Part shown: piece by piece, positions 12,801-23,032 of the stretch
How positions within the stretch are numbered: position 1 is the first letter of the stretch
Layout of the letters: each line of letters opens with the position of its first letter
Position numbers and translations under genes: made by a program
Origin: Thalia democratica
Lineage: Eukaryota
DNA length: 64,000 nt
Assembly: GCA_965202585.1 (NCBI GenBank)
Contig: OZ241828.1
Location: 76,198,001-76,262,000 of the forward strand
Reading direction: 5' to 3'
Notes under the pieces: model-generated
Database searches by the model: none
Seen by the model: only the letters and a program-made list of their open reading frames with translations
What the model was told of the DNA's origin: nothing

Positions 12801-15800
12801 GTATTTAACTTGTTTCAACAGTATTAGTTTGTTAAAGTAAAGTAGTTTTGAACAATTGTTTGAAACCTTTAAATTCTTTTCAGTTTTTCAACTAAATGCT
12901 TTAAAATAGTTAACTAGACTTATCAGCTTTACTTTATTTAAAATATCATTGCTTATCACTAGCTTAAAAACTTAAAAGTCTAAGTCTTCTTTTCAGTGAA
13001 TTAACTATGTGCTTTAAAATGATATAGTTGTTTTAGTAATTTTCTTTTTTAAACAAATTATTTTTCAAAAAGTGCTTGATTTTTTAAAACTAGAAACTAG
13101 AGTCGAAGAACTGCGGATTACTAAGTAAAGACTTTTTGACTGTTCGTAACTTAATATATATATAATATAGAAGAAGCATATTAAAACTTTTTTATTAATT
13201 TTTTTAATATGACTGTTTTTGCTTTTAGTGTTATTATTTAATTTTCTTTTTTCTAATAAGCTTTGTTGAAAACTAAAACGTTGTTTCATTTAATAAAAAA
13301 CCTTAAAACACAAGCTACACTAACTTCACACGGAAGTTAAATTTTATCAGCAGTGTTTTATATGATAGCATAATTGCGTTAGAACTGCCGCGCTAAAAGT
13401 GCTTTTTTAACTGAATGTTTCCGTCTTGAAGTCTCAAGGAAAACGATTTTGTTTCTTAAATTTTAAACTTAATAAACTCATTGAGTTTGCAATGATAAAA
13501 TAAAATAAGGTAGTTTTTACTAATACTTACAAAAACAAAAAAAAAAAACTAGTTTATAAAATTAAAAAAAGTTGCAAAAAGTAGAAAAAATTAATATTTT
13601 TATTAAAAATTAAAACATAAAAAGTTAACTGTATAGTCAACTTACAAAAGGATAAATGAAATTAAAAAAAAGTAGTAAAAGATTTTAAACATTTGTTAAA
13701 TATTAACGTTAATCAGTAAATTTTCAACAACATTTTTCATTCAATAGTACAATTCAATAATACAATATATTTGTTACAATAAGGCTTTTAGCCTTTGGTG
13801 GTTTCAAAATTTAAAAGGTTAAGTACATATACTCTTTGTCCTTTATTATTACTAAAAAGATAATGTACAAATGCATATTTCATTATTAATTTATAAAACA
13901 ATTTGAAGCAACCATACAAATTAATTTAACTCAAGTATTTACAAAATGTTTAATTGTTTTAAACGACTAAAAAATAACTTGAAAAGTCAAAAAAAAAATT
14001 TTTTAATTGATTTACTTAAAAAGCCAAATTTTATCATTTCTGTTAAAAAGTGTATCAACATTTTTTAATTTTTGTTTTAAGTTTTTTTTGTGTTTTTTGG
14101 AAGTTTGTATCTAAAGTAGTACTTAAAAGTGAAATTACTTTATTACTTTTATTCATATTTAAATTTTCAATTATATTACTGGAATAGAAAATTTTAATAA
14201 AATATTATTTAAACAAAATAACAACTTTGTCTGGAATCAAAAAACTACAAAATTTATTTTTTAATTTTCACTAAGCTTATGTGTTCATAAACTAAATAAA
14301 CAAATTAAAAACTATAATTCTGTTTTTTAGGTTTAATAATAAAATGTAATAAAGAATGATTTGAAACGTTATTCTGCTTTTTTATAAAGTATTATAATAG
14401 TATTTCGATTACGTCATTTTAAGCATACATCTTACAAGATGATTAGTACGAAAATTAGACATTATTGTAAATAAAAAAAGAATGACACAGAAGCATTTTG
14501 TTTGCAAAATACAAAAAAGAACAAAAAACTACATAGGTTACTATGGGCCGTTTTAAAAGGCTTTAGGTTTGCTCGTGTGTTTGGATTTTAGTTTTGAATT
14601 TAAACAATAAATCAACATTAGGAAAAACTGTTAGAGAACTATATCAGGCTGTAGTTTTATCTACTTTATATGCACGGCGTCAAATTTATCAATATAAAAC
14701 ATTATAAAACGTAAAAGTAAGTACTTTGACCGTTTTAATTATAAATCTAAAACAACAATTTTAACAACTTTTACTAAGTATAAGACTAAATAAAAAACAT
14801 ATTACTTATATAGTCTTTAATTTATTGTATTTTCTAGTTATTTAACAAAAGTAAGCTAAGTTTGATACTTTAAACTAAATAAGTAAAACTTTTTAATAGA
14901 AATTAAAAATAACAAAATCAACGAGTTAGCTAACACTTTTAGACTACCTTAATTGTATAATTCAAAATATTCTTTATTTATACCAAGATTTTTTAATAAA
15001 ACACTTTTAAATACATTTAAGTTTTCTAAAATATATAATTAGTTAATTTTAAACAATCCTCTATACAAACTCACGAGGCTAAGTTCTTTATTTTATATTG
15101 TAGTTGATTAAAAGTAAATATTAATATAAATAAATGTAATTCAACTAAAACTAAAATTGTTGGAACATAACATCAAAGGAATAAGTTTAAAAGAAAATTA
15201 CTTCATTTTCACACAAAAGTTACACTTTATCAGCTGTATTTTATATAACTACATAATTGCCGTAAGACTGCCTTTGAAACTACTGTGTTGAATGTGCTTT
15301 TTCAACTAAGCTTTAATTCGGTTTGTTTTGTATAACTTATAAAACCTAAAAGTCTATTATTTAAATGTTTTAACAATACTTCCACATGTTAAGTTTCAAA
15401 ATTATTTAGTTAGTTAAACTAAGAAAATTGTTTTAAAAGGAACTAGTTTTAATACTGCTTTATCAAACAGCCTGTAGTTTTAGTTATTACTAAACATATA
15501 ATATAAGTTTGCGCTATTTCAACTAAACATAAACTACATAAACTGTATTACTTGATAAAATGTAAAAAAAACTATAATTTGGCTAGAAATTACAATTGAA
15601 TATACAAATGTTGAAATAAAAATGTATCAGAATTAAAAAGTTGATGATTAAAGGTAAACAGATTCCAGCTAAACAAAACAAATTGTTTATATTTTGTTTG
15701 TAGCCAAACATGTACTATTTGTAACTTTGAGGCAACTAATACAGTTGTAAATATAATTGCAATTTTTTTTTGTCAAATATAGAACTATACTATAATGTTA

Positions 15801-16617
15801 CATTTTAAAAAACACAATTATGTAATAGTAAAAAATTTCATAACAACCAATTAAGTGTTCATTGTTTAATATAATGTTAATAGCTTACTTTAAAGTTCAA
15901 ACGAGAAAACATTGATTATAACATTTTTAATAAACTTAAATGACTTTTTAAGTGACTATTAAACTTTTATCACTTTTATATTAAGCTCTAAATTTGACAC
16001 TTGTTTATGTACACTTTTTAAGTACATAAAGCGTAAGGTGAAGTATTTATTGTTATTTTATTTTATTTTTAGTAATGTACAGTTGTTTAGTTTCTTATTT
16101 CTACTTGTGTTTTCATTTCAAAAAGTTAAATAAACTATTCACTACGTTACAGTTTTATTATACTTTAAATTGATGAACTATGTCTTTGCGAGTTTCTGTT
16201 TTAGATATACTTTACTTCTTATTTAAAAATGACGTTTTTTATGCATATAAATATTGCTTTTGAAAGATAAAAATGCGCTTAAAAAGTTTTATTAAAGGAC
16301 CTAGTGTACGGAAAATCCTTTCGGTAATAAATTAAACCTATTCTAATATAACAAAAATATAAAGAGTGGTATAGTTTAAAAATTAAGCAAGTCAATAACA
16401 TTAATAAGTAGTTTTATTTTTTATAATACATTTATTAACAACTTAATCTAAATTTTTATTTTTCCTAGTTTTTTTAATGCAACTAAAGTTCTTCTTCTCA
16501 TAAATTTTTATATAGTGATGTAAATTGTTTATAAAAAAGTTCTTGCTGTATAGCCAGGCCATAAATCTCTTTTTTTAAATCAATTCATTTTACAGGCTTT
16601 ATTGTCATTAATTTGAA

Positions 16618-16830
16618 ATGATTCGCAGTGCTAGTTCGAATTTTGTTAGTGATTATGCGGTTTGGAGGTACCCTAATCTTTTTACAACAAAACAATTTGC
16701 TAATGGTGTTTTATCAGTCGAATGTTTTCTGTGCGAAGACTTTTACTGTTTTGAGAGCTGCAAGGAAGTTGATGATCATGTTAATTTTCATTACCACAAT
16801 GGGGGAAATACGGAATACTGTGGTCATTAG
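16618..16830 (+). CDS. 70-aa C2H2-like zinc-finger microprotein, copy 1
   Basis: Acceptor tttacag| at 16596, ATG 16618, C-x2-C-x14-H-x3-H, ends YCGH-TAG|gtaag; paralogs differ by in-frame indels only. Confidence 0.8.
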   Translation: MIRSASSNFVSDYAVWRYPNLFTTKQFANGVLSVECFLCEDFYCFESCKEVDDHVNFHYHNGGNTEYCGH

Positions 16831-18732
16831 GTAAGAAATAGAGTTAAATACTTTTTTAAGTAAACTGTTTTGTTAAAACATGTTATTTATGTTGTGTATA
16901 ACAATTAAGTAAGTATGTAGAACTCAAATTTTTTATACTTATAATATTTTATAAGAAATTATTTAGCAATGGCAATGAGCAAGGAAAAAGGTAAAAACAG
17001 ATTATAACGACAATTGTTCAGTTTAACTAATTTTATGGAACTCATGTTTTGAAGTTTATCATAGAATTATATAATTTAAGGTTGGATTTGAAAAAGTTTT
17101 ATAAATTTAGCAATTCATTTTTGACTTTTATTACTATAACTATCGATAAAAACCGCAACTTAAACGCAAACACATGTTTAATGATGATACCAACTAGTTA
17201 AACATTTTAAATTGTATTTTTTTTGTTTATGCAGTCCACTATATTAATGATAAATGTAACAAAGTCAAAAACTATAAATCTAATGTTTTTGTTTCCTGTG
17301 GAATGTATAGTTTTTTGTAGAACTTTGTAGTAGTAGTTGTAGTTATTAAAACTAGAGGTTTTTAATTAACCAATAATTAAGCCATATAAACACATTTATG
17401 TATGAAAAGCAATTCCTAATTTTTTGTTCGAAAAGAGCATTTTACATATAACTTAATATGTGTTAAGTGTAGATTAAATTTTGATAGCTTTTAATTTTAT
17501 TAAAAAGATTACACTTTCCTTTCGTTTTAGTATTACTTTAATGCACAGTGGGCTGACTAAGAAGTTCAAGCGGCTACTGACTATAAAAAAAAATACATAA
17601 TAGAAAATCCAACTAAGTGTTAAACATAGTTGAAAAGAACTTTGTTTCAAGATTGGTTTTGTTACTTTTCGGCTTCAAGTATATAAAAGTTTATGTTAGT
17701 TTAAATCCAACCAGTGTTTGCCTTTTACATTGTAAAAACTACTTAAAATTCTTCATAGTTTTGTCAAAAACTCAATTGCCGAAATTTATAGAAAAATACA
17801 TAAATACTTGTTTAAAAACATTACTATAATCGTTTTTTATAATTTCGGTAAAATGTATAAAAAATATTGAAATAACTTATTAAAAACTAAAATGTCAAAG
17901 TTGTTTTGTTTATAAAAGATATAATGTTTTTTAAAGTAAAAAAGCAAAATGTTGCTTATATAAACCGAAAAAAAAATAGTTATATACCAACAAAACTTTT
18001 TTTTTGTAATTTTGAATATAGAAACCTTGTCATGTTATCTAAAACATAAAAATAAAAGATATTTTTACAATTTGTATTTAAGTTATCTATGTCTTAAAAT
18101 CTTCTATTTTGCATTAATCACACCAATGAATTTCTGGAGAGTTGGGCGGTAATTTTCAAATAAAGAATAAAAACTTTTCTTTTTGAATATTCAAAGAATT
18201 TAAATTTGTTTTCATTAACACAAAACAAAACAAAAAAATTGCCTTTAGGGTATTTTTAAGCAGTTGTAGGCTTTAATTTTGACATATGTTGTAACTTTTT
18301 TTACTTATTTTAAAACTTCATAATAGTAAAAATTTGGTACATTTTTAAGCTTACAAAACTTTAAATGTACTTGAAGCAGAATAAAACCAAACACAGTTTT
18401 TAAAGAACTTAAAGCCCAGCTCTAAATAATTTAATTAAAATCATGGTTTAAATTTAAGGCAGGAAAATAGTCAATGACCACTTGCTAGCCCACTGTGTGA
18501 TAAATATTTCTACAGCTTTTTTACTAAATAATTAATCAGTATTTTTATTCTTTTGAGTTTTAAAACATACAAACAAATATTTGAAACAAAAGTTTTAAAA
18601 ATCACTAGTTCAAAAGCCTCAATCAAGCTAAAAAAGTAAAAGTTTAATAGTAACTTTGTAAATTTAAAGAATTTTATTGAAAATTTTTAATATAGACTCT
18701 ACTCATTTTTACTGTTAGTCTTGTTTTTTTAG

Positions 18733-18930
18733 GTCTTTTTTTTGTAATCCTGCGAATATCAACGTTTCCAGTTTAGTTTGAGTTCTTTATCACTAAGTTG
18801 GTCATCAAACCCACTTGATATGTTTAAATATTTTCTGCTAAAAAATACTGCTGTGTAGAACAAATAATAATACATCTTTGTTTTCTCACTTTCTAATAAT
18901 TGCATTTTTGTGACCGTGTTTTTTTTCTAA
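18733..18930 (+). other. Conserved non-coding block with splice acceptor (putative UTR exon), copy 1; paralogs start at 54237 and 59912 on minus
   Basis: T-tract plus AG at the same position in all three copies; conserved ctgc(g/a)aatatc(a/c)acg(t/g)ttcca core; no shared ORF found. Confidence 0.45.
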
Positions 18931-19142
18931 GCAAATTTTTATATACATAATAAATTCAGTATCAATTTGTTTATATTTTTCTGCTTTTTTTTTCTAGAGA
19001 GTAGTGGTTTATTTAAAGCTTTTAGAGCAAAAATAACAATGTTCATATAAACTTGTAAGTATGTCGACTTAATAATTTTAATATAAACTTCTAAATATTA
19101 GTTAAATATTAATAAATAGGTACTTCACTACACGAACAAAAG

Positions 19143-19290
19143 CAACAACAACTCCATGGGAGAAATCCTACAACCGGTTTGTCCTTATTAAGACTCATCA
19201 GGCAGGCGTAATTGGGAGAAACCGCTGTTAATGAATTGTAACCGGTTGTAGGTTGACGAAACCGGTTGTAGGTTGTCTCGGATACTGTTG
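19143..19290 (+). ncRNA. Long hairpin (hpRNA/pri-miRNA-like), copy 1
   Basis: CCTACAACCGGTTT pairs with AAACCGGTTGTAGG; 3' arm motif AACCGGTTGTAGGTTG is tandemly duplicated. Confidence 0.5.
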
Positions 19291-19752
19291 AAGTTGTGTG
19301 AAGTGTCGTGAAGCTCATTATTAATTATTGATAGCGCGAAACGTCTCAACCTTGTTGATGATGGCCAAAATAATTGCTGGTTTATTACTTATTTTTTATT
19401 CATAATCCTAAATATAATTTAGAACAACTTTTTTTTTAATAAGACATTTTTTGCTTTTATTTAAATCTTAAACGATAGACACAGTTATTTTAATTAAAAA
19501 TATGAATAAAATTTAAAACAAAAAGAACATTAACTTTTATATTTTTTTGTTATAAGTTTATTACTATAATTCTCTTACGACTAATTAAGATAAAACAAAA
19601 ATAGTTCATTAATATTGTTATATATTATTTCATTATAACCCAGTAGCCTAGTGATAAAATTAGTGTGCTTAAAGCTAGCATACTGTGTATGATTACATGA
19701 AATTTGACTGTTCTGAATTGATTATTAAAATAAATACAATCAGGGTTTCACA

Positions 19753-19857
19753 ATGTTGGCCATAATCTGCAAAGGGGCCAAAGGGGGAGCAACAAGGCCA
19801 GTAATTGAAACTAACACCGAGATTCTTGAGTTGTACATTGTTATAAATATTCAATAG
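19753..19857 (+). CDS. 34-aa smORF copy 1 (MLAIICKGAKGGATRPVIETNTEILELYIVINIQ)
   Basis: cag| acceptor 9 nt before TTCACA-ATG; same frame, no indels or internal stops in three diverged copies. Confidence 0.6.
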   Translation: MLAIICKGAKGGATRPVIETNTEILELYIVINIQ

Positions 19858-22800
19858 TTGTTAAATGTATATTACAAATTAATAAATGTTATACGAATAT
19901 TAAAACAAACAACAATACATTTAAAATATTTAGTTATATGTACAGTTAAGGCAATCAGCGTAGAAAATTAAATGATAAATTTTAAAATTTAGACTGTAAT
20001 TATTTATTTCACCTACGTTAAACGAATCAATTAAGGCTACATCAGTTGCATAAAACTTTAAACTTTTTATGTTGAACATTTTAAATAATGTTTTATATTA
20101 GTTTTTCGGCGTATCAATGTGCTTTGAGAAACTAAAATTGTGATTTTTCACAATTGCTTACATAAATTGCAGGAAACACAAATTTGTGCGGAAATGCAAT
20201 TTACACTCAATTATGTTATCAAATACCAATAATGTTTCTTTGATGTGAAACCTTTTATGTAAAAACGTTTTTCGTGTTACTTTGCTAGTTTTGTTTCAGG
20301 AGTGTAATTTATAAAAAAGTAAAACTTTTTCTTAAATTTACTTTTTGGTGCATTGTCTAATTATAAATAATTTGAACTATTATACATTTTTAATTGGCAC
20401 AGCTTAGTTTTATTATATTAATGTTCGTATATTTTACATATTTAATATACGTTTGAGTTTGATATTGATATAAAAAGACTTTACTTATTCCGAGAATGTT
20501 AACAATTTTTTGTGTTAAGAAACTTATAGTGAATAGAAAAGCTTTTAAAAAATATGATATTGTTAATACTTCATATAATAGTTCTAACTTTAAACTATTT
20601 TTAGTATTTTTAACAGCTCTAACGTATTCTATACAAACAGGCACACTTTAACCACAAAAAAAGTTTTTATTTAAAGTTTTATAAATGCATTTACTAAGTG
20701 TATAAAGAATTTTTTAATTGATCGGAAATTTCGAAAATAAAGGTATTTACTGCTAAACAATACTAAAAAACTTTATAAGTAAGTTCTTTCTTTTATTTTG
20801 GCTTATCGAAAAACTCTTTTTTAAAAACATGTACCAGTTTTTATGGTTTTGCTGTAAATGCTTACTTGCTGATATCATAACTTTAAAGCTCAATTTTAAA
20901 ATGTATTTTTTGTTACGATTGATAGTTATCATTCATTAAATTTAATTGAACGTGAAATTTGCAGTTTTTTTGTACTTAAAATTCATTATTTAACTTGCAA
21001 TAAACTGTATTAGAACTTGTTATTATACTATTTTCTTAAATTTCAAGTTCAAAGTAAAAGCTAAACAACTATAATAATCAAAAATTTACGAATAGAACTC
21101 AACATCTAAAAATGATCTATAGTAACCTTTCCCACTAATTTTATTATTTAATAGTCTTACATATTTGCAAAGTTTTACCATGAAACATCTGTTGTAGTTT
21201 AATGAACTTACAATTTTTATTTGAAGTTTTTTTAACTGTTCACAAACTCACTTGATATTCAGATAAACTTAGAATTATAGCTTGCTATAGTAAATTAAAG
21301 AATTACTTTATCGACCAAAAAAATTGTACTACAAATCTTAAAACACTTTAACTTATTTCTTTACAAGTTTTTATAAAACGTAACACAAAACTGTAATGAC
21401 CCTTGAATGTACAATCAAGTTAGCTTAATTAATTTTTTTATACTGGTTTGTAGCTATTTTACAAACTAAAACTGTAACAAAGGTACTAAGTTAGCATTAA
21501 ATCGGTTCTCTTAACTTATGTATGAACAGCAAACTTAAAAAGATTAAACGTAAGCTTGTTAAATAGTAAAAAGTTAAAGTTTATATATAAAACAAGGTAC
21601 CTTAAAAAGAAACAAATCTTATACCTTATTGTACAACATAATATTAATGAATATATTTTTAAAATGATAATTTTAAAGTAAAACTTTTTTGATATGAAAA
21701 TGTCTTACTTTAAGTTTTAACTAAAATTATATTTCGTTAAATGTCTTAAAAAATATAAAACTAAAATATAATAACTGTTCCATAAAAATATTTTGATCAT
21801 CAATATGTAATTAAAAATCACATATAACTTTTTTGTTGTGGTTTCGTTTGATGTGAGGTCATATAAACAATATGATTTATTAGAAGTAGAAGTTTAATAC
21901 ATTAATTTAACCATATAAACTTAGATGTTAATAAAAGTTTTCTTTTAAGTAAATTTTGTGTTTTATATTACTTTAATATTTTAATTTTGTTTTAACTTAA
22001 AGCGTTTATATAGATAAAAATTTTTATATATTAACTACTTTGTCTAGTTTTACTTCTTGTACCCAAGTACTTATTGAAAAATAGGTCGTGTTTATAAAAC
22101 ATTTTAACAATTAATGTTTTCAAAACTTTTGCATATGGTGTTTATTGACATAAAATATCCTAAAGTGCAAAAAAAATTAAAAGCATACTTATGTATGGTT
22201 AGAATTCATTTATATAACAGTTTTACTATAAACTAAAATAACAATGATTTAGTTCAAATAATTTAAAAAGCTTACCATAATTTTTAAACTGCTTACTGTT
22301 AGTAAAGTTTTACTTATTTTACTTACTTTTACACAGACATTAATTAAAAAGTTAATTTTAGTTTCTCATTTAGTTGCTAAGTCAGCACTTACTTAATAAG
22401 AAATATTTAAAAAATAATTTATATGAAAACAACAAAATAAATAAACACAAGACATAAACAAGTGTCAAACCAACTATAAAAGCTATAAATGTTTAATAGT
22501 CACTTAAAAAGTGTTTTAAGTTTATAATTATTGTTGTAGTAAAAATTTTCTCGTATTAAATTTTAAAGAAGCTATAACAACTTTATTAAATAATGAAAAC
22601 TTAATTGGTTGTTATGAATATCTTTTATTAATACATAGTTGTATTTGCTAAATATGAAAAATTTTGTTTAGTTATATTACCAAACCAAAAAATAGCAATT
22701 TTAATTAAATATGTATTGTTTTTCTTAAAATTATAAACAGTAAAATTATGGCTTCAAACGAAGTGATTTTTGTGATTACGTATAAATTATATTGTAATAA

Positions 22801-22929
22801 AACATATTCATAAGTACTAATCAACAAAACAAATAAAACTAATTGCATATCAATAAAGATAAATTAAAACGAATTCACTTTAAGTGTTTCAGTTTTGTTT
22901 TAAAAATGAAAAACTTAATAGTTGAAAAG

Positions 22930-23032
22930 ATTTGAAGATATTGTAAGAAACTTCTTCAATAGATTCGTTACCAGTTATACTACCAACCTCATTACCATCT
23001 TCTACCACATCCTCTATCTTTCACCATGTCCC
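22930..23032 (-). pseudogene. Relic copy of the gene 2 repeat exon
   Basis: ttcaacag|GGG ACA TGG TGA...EDVVEDGNEVGSIT aligns to GAWGMVDDVKNDSNEVGSMT but has an in-frame TGA and no donor. Confidence 0.65.

Noticed and set aside
12017-13289. AT-rich K/N/F/I/L ORFs here and at 5043, 17617, 20390, 24418, 28502, 30748, 31142, 32321, 38359, 41514, 43698, 51731
   Set aside because: Composition equals intron background, non-ATG or unsupported starts, no splice or paralog support
16628-16834. Alternative-frame ORFs over the zinc-finger exons (also 60146-60358, 60153-60404)
   Set aside because: Not conserved in all copies with the same start; overlapping by-products
19255-19285. GTAGGTTGT similarity to let-7
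   Set aside because: Only 9 nt from the non-seed middle; no UGAGGUAG seed
19109-19318. 69-aa minus ORF ending in a Cys-rich tail over hairpin copy 1
   Set aside because: Frame broken by indels and stops in copies 2 and 3
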